Shown: positions 46,785-60,500, numbered from the stretch's first letter. The stretch is 64,000 bases of DNA from Eledone cirrhosa (GCA_964016885.1 OZ024743.1:300390001-300454000), one strand, 5' to 3'. Notes: generated by a model from the letters alone, not told the origin. Numbers and translations: made by a program.

Positions 46785-47436
46785 GACGTATATATATATA
46801 TAATATTTTAGTAAGTAAGTTAAATTTAAATTTTTTTTTAAATTTTCTTATTTTACGTCTTTCATATAATTGTTCTGCATCCTCCTGCATTGAACCACAT
46901 AGGTACTATGACATAACTTATGTATTTGCTAGCATTAGTGTACATCTGTACGCATATGTTGGTAGATATACTAATTCTCTATATCTATCTCCAAATTATT
47001 TAGTTGTTGAGCAAACCTGCCAAATCCACTACTAATGCATTGGTGTGGTAGTAGGCTTTTGTCATCTTACTAACCCACTCCTTCCGACTAGCCTCAGTGT
47101 CACGTGATTGATTCTTTAGAATCTGCCATTTGACCAGAGACAACGAACTTTTTCGGTGCATGGAATTCAGTCCCCGCTAGCTGTTCCATCCACCGAATTA
47201 TTATTATTTTTATATGAGTCCCTAGTGTCTGCGCATTGCCTGGAGACTTAGCTGAGATTAGACTCCATAATGACGTAATGCATTCTCGATGTTTACATTA
47301 CGTAACTATCTTTATCCCATTACAGAAACTAATTAGTTGGAGTGAAACTTTTAGTAAAAAAGTTAATTTTTAATTTTTTTTTAAATTTTCTTATTTTACG
47401 TCTTTCATATATATATATATATGTTTATATATATAA

Positions 47437-47580
47437 TTGTTTCTGCTTTTGGCACAAGGTCAGAAATTACCCAGTGCATTACTGGTACTTCATTTTATCG
47501 ACCCCGTAAGGATGAAAGGCAAAGTTAACCTCGGCGAGATTTGAACTCAGATCATAAAGGGAGATAACTCCATGCTTCAA
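47437..47580 (-). mobile_element. tRNA-derived SINE, 5'-truncated
   Basis: GAGTTCAAATCtcgccgaggttaactttgcctttcatccttacggggtcgataaaatgaagtaccag on the minus strand. Confidence 0.8.
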
Positions 47581-47731
47581 AGCCTCGATATATATATATA
47601 TATATATATATATAATGAGAGGTACAGACATATATGTGCATACATACATCCAGCGAAACTGTACAATCGGGGACATTGAAGAAAGAATAGCTATATATCT
47701 GTGTCTACTATTTCATCTTACTTTATAATTG

Positions 47732-47775
<44 letters not shown>

Positions 47776-49751
47776 CAGGGATATCATATTAACAATATGT
47801 TATGCCTTCATCAGACAAAATACAATATAAACAGTCTTATAAATAAATAGATATGACATACCTTTCAATCGACTTGCATTTGGGAAGTTGATTTGGCAGT
47901 AAAAAATATTGTGGACAGTTGTAAAAAGAAAGAGAGAAAGAAAGAAAGAAAGAAAGAAAAACGAAGAAAAAGAAGAAATGCATGTGACTAAATAGAGAGA
48001 TATAGAAAGATAGATAAAGAGAAGAACTTCATGTAAAGGAACAGAGAGAGATATATAGAGAGAGGAAAAAAAGAAAGAGATAGATAGAGATAGATAGAGA
48101 AACTAGGTAGTTGAGTATCAGTTGATACATTTATTTATTTATTTATTTAGCTCTAGTATTAATGTAAAGAGAGATGTATGTAGTTAAGAGAGAAAATAGC
48201 CGTTATATAGAGAGAAAAAAGAGAAAATGAAAAAGAGAAAATGAAAAATAACCAGACATAAACGAGGCAGAATTTAAAAACGCTATGTTTCATCATATAG
48301 AAAATATTAGTTCGTATAAAACAGGCATTATAATGTAAGTATCAGTATTCATGAATGAGACATGTATCTATAATGTGTGAAAAGTAATTATCTTATGTCT
48401 AGTTTTTAAAAATTCATATGTTTATATCATAATTGTAAACAAACTCCCAATTCACACGAAAACATTCTCATTGTGCTATAAAAATTCAAGTATACACATA
48501 TGTGTGTATATATACACATATATATAGAGTCTATATTACTTTTAACAATACTATTCTTGTCTTTACTCTACATGATTGTCGATCAAGCAGAGATAGAGAA
48601 CAGATTTCAATATATTAATAAAAATAAAAATAAAAATAAAAATAAAAATAAAAATAAAAATAAAAATAAAAATAAAAATAAAAATAAAAATAAAAATAAA
48701 AATAAAAATATCAGAGACAAGAAAATAAATAAATAAACAGAAAACTAAAACATTTAATATTAAAAATAAAAATATTACAAAATATTAAAAAAAATATTAA
48801 AAAATAATAAAAATAAAACATAGTATGCCACGCAAATCGGCCACAAAAGATCAGCATTTCAAAGTTAATTGACAATATATTGCCAAGTTCATCATAAGCA
48901 TCAGAGTCGAAACAGATAAAACAAAAATGATTTACCAAATCCTGTCTAGCAGAAATCATTCCAAAAGTTTAGGATACCCATTTGGTCTACATATGTTCTT
49001 ATATTTAATATAGAAGTTTATCTAGTGTAAAAATTAATTCGATATATTTGGAGCATCAGCTTTTAGGGTAGTTTAATTATTCATGAAGAATGTTTTAATA
49101 AAAAGAATGTTTTAATAAAAAGAATGTTTTAATAAAAAGAAGAAATCGAAAGATTTATCGGCTAGTTTCATAAATAATTATAAATCAAATCAAACATAAC
49201 TACATTTTAAATTTAAATTTATATTTAAATGTTGAGTTCAATCTATGTCTGCAGCAACTGAATAAATTTGTCCGTAGATTAAGGGAATTTTTAGATTTTA
49301 GTATAAAGAATATCTCACTCCGCACAGAGGTCACATGTCTCAGAGGATGAATTAAAAGGAATCCCTCTTGAAACTATATTCCAAGTCGTCGAATATCTAA
49401 CGTTATCATGCCTAAGTTGCCAGAGTACGCCTGATAGTGCTGTTGAAGATTTTTTGGATGGATCTGTGAAATAATTCTTGTGGTTGTTATAGCGAAGTTT
49501 AAATTCCGTCGATGTGGAACCAACGTAGTTAAAAGAATTAACGTCCGTTTTAACATTACAGTTGTATATTATATTTTTAACTAAGCAGTTGTTATTTAAC
49601 ATGCATTTCTTCTTTTTCTTCGTTTTTCTTTCTTTCTTTCTTTCTCTCTTTCTTTTTACAACTGTCCACAATATTTTTTACTGCCAAATCAACTTCCCAA
49701 ATGCAAGTCGATTGAAAGGTATGTCATATCTATTTATTTATAAGACTGTTT

Positions 49752-49828
49752 ATATTGTATTTTGTCTGATGAAGGCATAACATATTGTTAATATGATATC
49801 CCTGAAATATATATAATGAAATAAATAT
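49752..49828 (+). ncRNA. Type I hammerhead in 5' pLTR (family D)
   Basis: atattgtattttgt CTGATGA aggcataacatat tgtta atatgatatccct GAAA tatata TA atgaaataaatat. Long stem I and stem II, palindromic minimal stem III, predicted cleavage after ~49815. Confidence 0.85.
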
Positions 49829-49999
49829 GGTTTTATAAATATAGTTTCCATGTATTTAATATAAATATACTCCAAATACTTGTTGAGTGCTTTTATATCA
49901 GTTATAAATATTTACTCGTTGTTAACCCAACAATTTAAATATAACTTTCCATGTATCTTGCTCCAATACTGTTGAGCGCTTTATATTATAACTGAAAAA

Positions 50000-52213
50000 A
50001 TGGAATTCTTTAAGATTACTTCCTCTTTAAAAGACATACCGCTACCTAGAAACAAAGACTTTATAAAACAATTAATAGATAAATCTGACTCGTTTATAAG
50101 GAGAATCAGGTGGCGAGCATTCCACTTTGATAAATCTAATATAAATGAAAATGTCTCGGACTTAAACAAAGTTTTCAAATCCAAAAGAAATCCACCCCCC
50201 AACAAACTTTTATCTGACTTTGAAAACGATATAATTTCTATCATACAAGGAGTCAAATTCAAGAGAAACTTCAAAGGCCAGGAATATCTGAAAGGCATTA
50301 GGGATAATATTGAGAGCTTAGAGAAAACTGAGAAGATCTTGGTAAAATCTGACAAGACCAACAACCTCTATGGAGTGCAGAAAGACATGTATAATGGCCT
50401 CATACTAAAAGAACTGAGGAAAAAGTACAAGGTAGCGGATAAGGCCGAGCTAGAGAAAATGAATGTTGAGGCATCTTGTATAATGCACGAGTTGGAAATT
50501 GAGAACAGAACAGAATCTTTCGTGCCCAGGAAACCGAAGATCAATATGAAAGATCACAAGAGAAATTTTGAGAATGACTTGCCAGTCAGATTGATTGCAC
50601 CATCAAAATCGGACCTGGGTAAACTAAGCAAAAACATTCTTGACAGGGTGATACAGAAAATTAAAAACTTGAGTTGTTTACCTAACCTGAGCTTGTGGAA
50701 GGGAACTGGTGAGGTTGTTGAGTGGTTTAAGCAAATTAAATATAACAATAATAATAAGTTTATTCAACTTGATATTGCTAACTATTATTCTTCTATTACC
50801 CCTAATCTACTAAATAAGGCACTAAATTACGCATTCAAACATACAGACCTAACTAGCAATGAAATGCACATTATATTATCGGCTAGGAAAACATTGATAG
50901 AATTTAATGACCAACTATGGACCCGAGCAGATAGAGATAACAATTTTGACATTACTATGGGATCTCCCACTCGGCTCAGGTAACTGACCTTGTGGGCTTA
51001 TTTTTAATCAATTCGCTGCATAGGAAAATACCTGGTACTACCGGAGGTTTATATAGAGATGACATGCTTTTACTTATTGATAATAATAACTCTGAACTAA
51101 ATAGGAAAATAAAACAAATTACACAATTTTTTAATCACTTTAATCTAAAAATAGAAATTGAGAATAACCATAGAATAGTCAACTTCCTAGATATAACATT
51201 AAATCTCAACACATGTCTTCACTATCCATTTCACAAGTTGAATGAAAACTTAAACTATGTCAGCTTTAACTCTAACCACCCCAGATCTGTTAAAAACACT
51301 ATTGTAAACTCTGTTCAAAAACGTATCTCTAGAATCTCATCTAATAAAAAGATTTTCGACGAAAAAGCCCATTATTACAATGAAGCGTTAGCTAGAGCAG
51401 GATATAGTGATAAAATTATGTACATAGATAATGATAAACAAATTAAACAAAATAACAACTATTTTAATTACGGCCACAACCTTAACAACTATAATAGAAA
51501 GCATTACAATAATTCCAAAAACCATAAAAGAAATAGAACTAGGAATATAATATGGTTTGTCACCCCCTTTCTCACTAAACATTAAAACCCACATCGCTAA
51601 ACTATTTTTTAAAGCTCTTGATAATCGCTTCCCTAGAACACATAAGTATCACTCAATTTTCAATAGACATACTATAAAATTAACCTACTCATCCACCAAA
51701 AATTTAGCACAAAATATTAATAGAATAAATAATAGGAACTTAAAACCTAGCGATAATAGCATAAATAATATCCAAGTTAACAAATGTAACTGTAGAGATA
51801 GATCTAAATGTCCGTTAAATAACAACTGCTTAGTTAAAAATATAATATACAACTGTAATGTTAAAACGGACGTTAATTCTTTTAACTACGTTGGTTCCAC
51901 ATCGACGGAATTTAAACTTCGCTATAACAACCACAAGAATTATTTCACAGATCCATCCAAAAAATCTTCAACAGCACTATCAGGCGTACTCTGGCAACTT
52001 AGGCATGATAACGTTAGATATTCGACGACTTGGAATATAGTTTCAAGAGGGATTCCTTTTAATTCATCCTCTGAGACATGTGACCTTTGTGCGGAGGAGA
52101 TATTCTTTATACTAAAATCTAAAAATTCCCTTAATCTACGGACAAATTTATTCAGTTGCTGCAGACATAGATTGAACTCAACATTTAAATATAAATTTAA
52201 ATTTAAAATGTAG
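50000..52213 (+). pseudogene. PLE RT + GIY-YIG ORF in three frames (two single-base frameshifts)
   Basis: SLKDIPLP, RWRAFHF, KSDKTNNLY, LDIANYYSSI, FDITMGS (shift ~50970), GLYRDD, VNFLDITL, SNHP, WF.PPFS (shift ~51565), CNCRDRSKCPL, IIY..YVGST, R and CDLCAEE. Confidence 0.92.
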
Positions 52214-53233
52214 TTATGTTTGATTTGATTTATAATTATTTATGAAACAAGCCGATAAATCTTTCGATTTCTTCTTTTTATTAAAACAGTCTTTTTATTA
52301 AAACATTCTTTTTATTAAAACATTCTTCATGAATAATTAAACTACCCTAAAAGCTGATGCTCCAAATATATCGAATTAATTTTTACACTAGATAAACTTC
52401 TATATTAAATATAAGAACATATGTAGACCAAATAGGTATCCTAAACTTTTGGAATGATTTCTGCTAGACAGGATTTGGTAAATAATTTTTGTTTTATCTG
52501 TTTCGACTCTGATGCTTATGATGAACTTGGCAATATATTGTCAATTAACTTTGAAAGGCTGATCTTTTGTGGCCGATTTGCGTGGCATACTATGTTTTAT
52601 TTTTATTATTTTTTAATATTTTTTTTTATATTTTGTAATATTTTTCTTTTTAATATTAAATGTTTTAATTTTCTGTTTATTTATTTATTTTCTTGTCTCT
52701 GATATTTTTATTTTTATTTTTATTTTTATTTTTATTTTTATTTTTATTTTTATTTTTATTTTTATTAATATATTGAAATCTGTTCTCTATCTCTGCTTGA
52801 TCGACAATCATGTAGAGTAAAGACAAGAATAGTATTGTTAAAATTAATATAGACTCTATATATATGTGTATATATACACACATATATGTATACTTGAATT
52901 TTTATAGCACAATGAGAATGTTTTCGTGTGAATTGGGAGTTTGTTTATAATTATGATATAAACATATGAATTTTTAAAAACTAGACATAAGATCATTACT
53001 TTTCACACATTATAGATACATGTCTCATTCATGAATACTGATACTTACATTATAATGCCTGTTTTATACGAACTAATATTTTCTATATGATGAAACATAG
53101 CGTTTTTAAATTCTGCCTCGTTTATGTCTGGTTATTTTTCATTTTCTCTTTTTCATTTTCTCTTTTTTCTCTCTATATAACGGCTATTTTCTCTCTTAAC
53201 TACATACATCTCTCTTTACATTAATACTAGAGC

Positions 53234-53268
<35 letters not shown>

Positions 53269-53566
53269 ATGTATCAACTGATACTCAACTACCTAGTTTC
53301 TCTATCTATCTCTATCTATCTCTTTCTTTTTTTCCTCTCTCTATATATCTCTCTCTGTTCCTTTACATGAAGTTCTTCTCTTTATCTATCTTTCTATATC
53401 TCTCTATTTAGTCACATGCATTTCTTCTTTTTCTTCGTTTTTCTTTCTTTCTTTCTTTCTCTCTTTCTTTTTACAACTGTCCACAATATTTTTTACTGCC
53501 AAATCAACTTCCCAAATGCAAGTCGATTGAAAGGTATGTCATATCTATTTATTTATAAGACTGTTT

Positions 53567-53643
53567 ATATTGTATTTTGTCTGATGAAGGCATAACATAT
53601 TGTTAATATGATATCCCTGAAATATATATAATGAAATAAATAT
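53567..53643 (+). ncRNA. Type I hammerhead in 3' pLTR (identical to 49752-49828)
   Basis: CTGATGA at 53581, GAAA at 53619, same stems. Confidence 0.85.
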
Positions 53644-53768
53644 GGTTTTATAAATATAGTTTCCATTTATTTAATATCATAAATATACTCCAAATACTTG
53701 TTGAGTGCTTTTATATCATTTATAAATATTTACTCGTTGTTAACCCAACAATTTAAATATAACTTTCC

Positions 53769-53803
<35 letters not shown>

Positions 53804-53840
53804 CTTAGGAATAACCAAAGAGTGCTTAGAAATACATTGT

Positions 53841-53900
53841 TTTATTAGCTAACAATGTTTCATGCCTACCCTAACGCAGGACTCATCAGAGCCTATAAAC
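53841..53900 (-). ncRNA. Type I hammerhead (family G) in an adjacent unrelated fragment
   Basis: ttataggct CTGATGA gtcctgc gttagg gtaggcat GAAA c att g TT agctaataa. Stem I is uuauaggcu/agcuaauaa, stem II ccugc/guagg, and the triplet is GUU. Confidence 0.7.
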
Positions 53901-54599
53901 AAGAGTATATAAATAGTTGCATGCTCCATCATACTGCGGCACCAGAACAAGTTCAAGGGGCCAGCAGGGGGGGGGGGGGTCCCGGGGCCAGCTCTAAATA
54001 GAAACAGACACAATTCAAGACGTATATATCCTGTCATAAAATATCATAAAAAATGTCATAAATAATGTCATAAAAAATTACATTAAAGATCAGATCAAAT
54101 ATGTATCATTTACATGGTGCAATAGAAGACAATGAGGTTGGGATAGGGTAGCAGGGAAGGAGTGAAGGTGTTACTCAGCATGATCATAAGCAATAAAACA
54201 GATTAAAAAAAATTGTCATACAGTATACAATTATACCGCCGTAAATGTAAATCGTGATGGCTATTCCGTCACATACAGAAGGTGTGTACAGACGACTCCG
54301 CTTCCACAATTACCTATGGCAGAGTGGAGGAAAAGCAGATGTGGTTACAATAATAAGCGGGTTTATTAGGGAGGGTGCAAATTTATGTAGAAAATATAGA
54401 AAACTCACGGCTAAAACTGTCAATGACCACTAAGTTATTTACATGTCCGCCACGTGGTTTTCGTATAGATTACTGAATGCGGAGGTTGTAATCTATTCAC
54501 AGTCGGGTGTGACCCCTCCTGGATCGGCTGGAAGTCAATATCTATACCTTTCTCTCTCTATCTATCCATCTATATATATATATACATACCCAAATACGC

Positions 54600-54642
<43 letters not shown>

Positions 54643-54813
54643 CAGGCACATACATAAAAATACACACACGTAAAAATACTCGTATATATACATAAACACG
54701 CACACACATGTATATATACACACATATCTACATACATAAATATACGCACATTCTTACAACCAAGCAAATATACTTATATACGCCCACGCACAATGTCTAC
54801 ATACGCAACCCGA

Positions 54814-55007
<194 letters not shown>

Positions 55008-58000
55008 CTAAGGCGGGTAAAATTCCCGAGATTCATGGACGAGTTCTCTCCAGCGGTCTCTGTCCCTCATTACCGCTGCCATATTCTGCATCTCCAACAT
55101 ACCAGTGTCTGTCCTTAGGGCATCAACATATGTTAACTTTGGTCTTCCTCTTCTAGTGTGTCCATGTAGGGGCTCCCAAAGGAGCACTGAGCGCAATGTC
55201 AACTCTGGATGTCGGTGAGCATGTCCAGCCAATCTCAGTCTCCTCTGTGTCACTTTTGAGCTGACTTTTGGGATGCTCCCATACAGCTCTGAGTTTTTCA
55301 TCCTCAGTGTATACTGATTAATGTTCAGAGCCATCCTCAGCATTCTCGTGTAGCACCCATCCACCATCTGAGTGAGTCTCTTGGTCAGTGTCCAAGTCTC
55401 AGACCCATACAGCAGCACAGACTCCACTACAGCAATGAAGAGGCGGATTTTCAGGTCTCTACGAAGGTCCGACTTCCACACCGATCTCAAGCTGTGACAC
55501 GCCGCTCAGGCCTTGCTCTTCCTCTCAACCACATCATCTTCCGTATTCCCAATCTTTGCTCCCAAATACAGGAAGTCCTCAACCAATTCCAGCGGCTTCC
55601 CGCCTACATTAGTGATCCCCTCTGTCTTCTCAACATTCTCTACCAGATATTTTGTTTTAGTCTCATTCATTCTCAGCCCCACACTCACCGACACAGTCTC
55701 AACCTCCCGCATCAAATCCTCTGCCTCCTTCGCTGTATTTGTCACCAAAACTATGTCGTAGGCAAATTCAGCATCCGATACCTTTTTCGCCCCAACTCTC
55801 CTGCTCTGAGCCGGTGCTACAGTAAAGCCAGTGTCCTGGTGTTTCTCCAGTGCAAGGCGCATACAATAGTCCACTATGATGATAAAAAGGTAGGGAGCCA
55901 ATGTATCTCCCTGGAGCACTCCAGCCAGTATCTCAAAGAACTCTGTCATCCCATCAGGTGTAATGACTTGGGCTTTGGTGTTGGTGTAGAGCAGTGATAT
56001 CAGGTCCACTATCCTCTTGGGGATTCCATAAGCCTGTAAGATCTTCATCAGGCAGTAACGGTCCACAGAATCAAAGGCCTTCCTAAAGTCAATGAAAACC
56101 ATGACCGCAGGAAGGCACTTTGCTCTAGCTCCCTCTAATATCCTCCTCAGCATCAGGATGTGACTGGTGGTTGATCTACCCTCTCTGAAGCCGTTCTGGT
56201 TGTCCCTGAGCTTCTTCTCCATCTCAGGCTGGATCCTGTTAAGAATCATCCTGTTGAGGGTCTTTGCCACAAGTGACGTCAGTGAGATCCCCCGGTAGTT
56301 GTTGGTGTTAGAGAGATCTCCCTTCTTTGGCACTGGGACGATGTTACTGATCCTCCACTGATTCGGGGCAACTCCTTTCTCCAGTGCCCCGTTACAGAAC
56401 CCCAGGATGATATCATCAAAATTACACCTCTTCATCCCCTCTGATGCCACTCCATCTTCTCCATGAGCCTTGCCCTCCTTGATCTTCTTCTTGGCTCTTT
56501 GAAGCTCCTCTCTGGTGAAGGGCTCTGTCTCAACATCCAGTTCCTCAAACAGCCGCCTGATCTCCCCAGTGCTCTGGGCTGTGGAGGGTGGCTCTCCTAG
56601 TAGGGTCCTAAAATGGTCTAGCCATTTCCTCTTCCTATCCTCGGGCCCCGTTCCCTGGATCTGACTCGAACACCTTTTCTTCCTCCCTGTGATCTCGTTG
56701 ATGATCATCCAGCTCTCCTTACATCCAGATCTGTCAACCGCTCTCTCCACACTTCTGATCTTCTCTATCAGTGCCTCCTCTCTGACCTCAGTGTAAGCGG
56801 TACAGAGCTCTTCCCTCATCACCTCCACAGTCTCCATCCTCTTCTCCGTAGGATCAGCATAGAATTGGTCCCTGGCAGCTTTCAGGTGTTCTCTGGCTGC
56901 ACACACTTTTGGGTTTGCAGAGCTGACGTGCTTCCCTTTGTTCTTTTTCCTCGGCACCAGGGTTTCACTTGCTTTCGCCACTGCATTGGTGAAGTGCTCG
57001 TACCTCCCCGTCACACTCTCCTCAGTCCATCCAATCTCTCTCTCCTCTGACTCTCCACACAGAGCACTAAACCTGTTTCTCACTTCCACTGTGAACCTCT
57101 CCTGTAGCTTATCATCTTCCTTGAAAGCTCCCCAGTCATAGATTGTTCTCCGGGGCTGAGCCTTGCTCTTTCTTAAGCTCACGCGGACCTCACTCATAAC
57201 AAGCCGTTGGTCACTACCCAGTGTACTGAAATAGCTGTATGGTTCCGTGTTCAGAACACTATTCCGCCACTTTTTCCTCATCAGAATGAAATCAATCTGG
57301 GACTTGGACAGGTGCATATCTGAGATGTAGGTCCACATCTTCCCCAGATTCTTCTTAAACCTTAGGTTGGTCGCCATCAAGTTCGCCTCCAGCAGGGTGT
57401 CTCTCAGTAGTCTTCCATTTCGGTTGGTGTTGTTATGGAAGTACCAGCAAGGATCTTCACTGCCCTCCTTACTCAGATGTGCATTGAAGTCCCCCAAAAC
57501 AAGCAGGATATTGTGTGCCTGAGTGGTGTTGACAGCTCTACACACCTCCTCATGGAACTCCTCGGCATTCACATCACTGTCCCCCTCGGTTGGACTATAG
57601 GCTGAGATGACTGTCAGTCTTGGGTTTCCATTGAAGGTCACCCTCAACACTCGCGGGGAGATAGGCATTATTTCCCTCACCAACAGATTGGTTTTTGCAC
57701 TGAACACAAAACCCACTCCTCCTACTGCAGCATTTGTTGTGTTCTTCACTGCCGTGTAGAATCCTGTGTTCTTGGATCGCAAGTATCTGTATACCACTCT
57801 CCTCGAACAGATGTCCCAACTCCTCTCTCTTCTCCAGCGTTCGGATAGTCCTCACATTCAAAGTGCCCATTTTGATGGCTCTTCTGCAGGACAAAACTGC
57901 ATTCTTTATGTTTGTCTCAGAGACAGCTGATCCATCATCCACTGGCCCTCTCTGTGGCTCTAAGCCAGCAGAGTCATAACGACCAGGCTGCTCCTTGACA

Positions 58001-58258
58001 GTGTAATTAGGGGCTCTAACCCTAGTGTTGTTAGATCGACTCTCCATATTTCTTTTCAATGGCTGACAATACCTTACCGGCGCCACTCGAATAAGGTAGT
58101 TATTTAACCCATAAACGGAGCCCTAACAGCTACTACCACCCCGGGCCAGGGCAGACCTGGGAGTCATGACAACTAAGGGGTAACTCCACATTCCCCACAT
58201 CTCCTGAACTCCCGAACTGGAGCCTTGCCACTGGATGTAGTTTAATGTCATACCCAGG

Positions 58259-58260
<2 letters not shown>
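55008..58260 (-). mobile_element. Near full-length RTE-X-like LINE (APE + RT), inactivated
   Basis: MGTLNVRT, LAIQEHR, ISAYSPT, LGDFNAH, IDFIL, NYRGISL, QNGFREGRST, FIDFRKAFDSV, GVLQGDTLAPYLF and LRLAGH...RRGRPKLTYVD. Catalytic FADD reads FAYD, there is a TGA at 55506-55508 (TGG in the 14650 copy), and a deletion/frameshift near 57755. (TA)n lies at both ends. Confidence 0.93.
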
Positions 58261-58310
<50 letters not shown>

Positions 58311-58319
<9 letters not shown>

Positions 58320-58848
58320 GAGGTGTAACACACGAGTTATGATATATTGGTAAAAGGAAAAGAAAATTCTGACAAATTGTTCCCAGTGAAAAATAGTTTA
58401 ATTAGGAATGAGTAAAAATTAGTAATAGTATTGGTTAGTATTCAGTTTTGGTTTTAAGTTTTACCTGTTGGGTATTTCTAATGCTTTTCAAAAATAATTT
58501 TGAGATAGAGCGCCCGTGATGTTTGCTCTAATCTGATTAGTATCGGAAATTCTAACTGTTTTATGTAAAAAAAGTGGCTCCAGATGTATGAAAAAATTAT
58601 TGTGGTCAAAGGAATGTTGATTGTTTTTTACATAAAACAGGTAGAATTTCCAAAACTAATAAGATTAGAGCAAACATCACGGGCGCTCTATCTCAAAATT
58701 ATTTTTGAAAAGCATTATAAATGCGCAACCGGTAAGACTTTAAACCAAAACTGTATACTAACCAATACTATTACTAATTTTTACTTATTCCTAATTAAAC
58801 TATTTTTCACTGGGAACAATTTGTCAGCATTTTCTTTTCCTTTTACCA

Positions 58849-58850
<2 letters not shown>
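58311..58850. mobile_element. Foldback pair made of the terminal sequence of the Naiad-like PLE family
   Basis: 58311-58625 matches 34608-34940/39484-39625 (aatagaggtgtaacac...ttggtaaa...gagatagagcgcccgtg). 58622-58850 is its reverse complement. Flanked by (TA)n. Confidence 0.85.
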
Positions 58851-58888
<38 letters not shown>

Positions 58889-58960
58889 CTATGCATACAT
58901 ATATACACATACATATATGCACATACATGTACATACACATATATAGACACACATACGTGC

Positions 58961-58994
<34 letters not shown>

Positions 58995-60313
58995 GCATTT
59001 TCCAAAATATTATAAATAACCGTCGTAAACGCATTTAAATCATTGTCTTAAATATCGTTTTCGTTTAACTCTGCTTCTTTGAAACCCACAAATCTTTTCA
59101 ATACTACTCTCTGCCATTGATCCCCGCTGACATGGCTCACCTCAATATTATCACATAATCCCTCACAGTTCTTCCATTCTTTCTGTAAATTCATTCTGTA
59201 AAATACATTGCTTATCCATGTTTCACCATGGCCATGGAATTACAGCTGTACCTAATAAAAATACCCTCCATCGATCCCACTAACGCGATAGGAACTTGCA
59301 TTTGTAATATATTTTGCCAGTTTCCTTCCATCTTACGATTGTTGAAAATATTTGTGCAACATAATCTATATGGTAGGCAATTTGTCCTTGAGAGATCATT
59401 TATTTATAAACGTAGTAGACACAGTTGCCCTTAATCTCTGGAATTATTCCTGTTGTATACATTTACTGGGGTTACGTTACACACTGTGGCAAACCTCACC
59501 GCATGATTTAGTACCCATCATTACCTTCGTAGAACGAGTGAGTTATCTAATGAGAAACGTTGCTCATATCATTTGACAGCTTCCTTGTGTGAAAATTTTT
59601 CACTGGTTATTTGTTTATATAAAATCTAACTCATCCAGGACCTTGAAAAGTGGAGAGGGAAAGCATATATAAGCCACGGAAATAATGCTTCTGTGCTTGG
59701 TTTATCAGTTTAGCTAATAAATCGGCTACTTAATCATATTCCGTTTGGTGCTGTGTCATTTTAGGGATGCTAGAGGTTAATTTATCTCCATTTTCAATTG
59801 GAATACATCTGTAACTTTTGTATATAGTCACAAGATATTCATTTTAACGATACTTTTACAGTTGTGCAACAATACGCAATTTAACTGTGAAATTCACTAA
59901 ACACAACAGGTACTGGATTTAATTGAATTTTTTATGTTAATCACTTACTGTTATATAACATGTAACACAGTGACAGCTTTAAATCTTATATTGTCAATTG
60001 ATTGGTGGCCAAGTTGTAGAGAACGATAGATTTATAGATAGTAAATTATTCAAAGCATTCAATGCTGGTTAACGGTCAATCTCCCCGTGGTCCTTGGGGA
60101 CTGGATGGAGAAGACATTGTCCGGAGGGTGACGAAAGGGACGCGCTAGAACAACCACACTACGTCGCATGTCTCGCAATTACGAGTAGCCAACCCGGCTC
60201 TAAGAGTGACTAGGGATGTGGTCAGGCGGCCGTCAGAAAAGCAATTCTACTTATTACTCATAACACATTAACTTACATAATAGCTTTCATTGTTGCATAT
60301 TAATTATTGCGTA

Positions 60314-60500
60314 GGTGGTGGATTGGCAGCATCGGTAGAGGGTCCGACGCCATGCTTTGACGCATATAGTTACGGCCCTTGCCATTCTGAGTTCAAATCT
60401 CGCCGAGGTTAACGCCATTCATCATTACGGGGTCGATAAAATAAAGTACCAGTAATGCACTGGTTAATTGATGGCTTTGTGCCAAAAGTAGAAAGAATTA
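60314..60500 (+). mobile_element. tRNA-derived SINE
   Basis: ggtggtggatTGGCAGCATCGGtag ... GAGTTCAAATCtcgccgagg ... tacggggtcgataaaataaagtaccag. Confidence 0.8.

Larger units (their letters stand above)
47774..53772 (+). mobile_element. Young Penelope-like element (Hydra-clade-like): inverted 3' duplication + pLTR + ORF + pLTR, in (TA)n
   Basis: 47774-49600 is the reverse complement of ~51814-53622. Direct pLTR copies lie at 49601-49953 and 53416-53772, the ORF is at 50000-52213, and (TA)n flanks both ends. Confidence 0.95.

Noticed and set aside
58060-58260. HDV-like or twister ribozyme in the RTE-X-like 5' UTR
   Set aside because: The leader is GC-rich and plausibly structured, but I could not fit the required pseudoknot pairings by eye.
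58995-60060. Possible host exon or old coding remnant on the minus strand
   Set aside because: All frames are interrupted within short distances and there is no recognisable domain.
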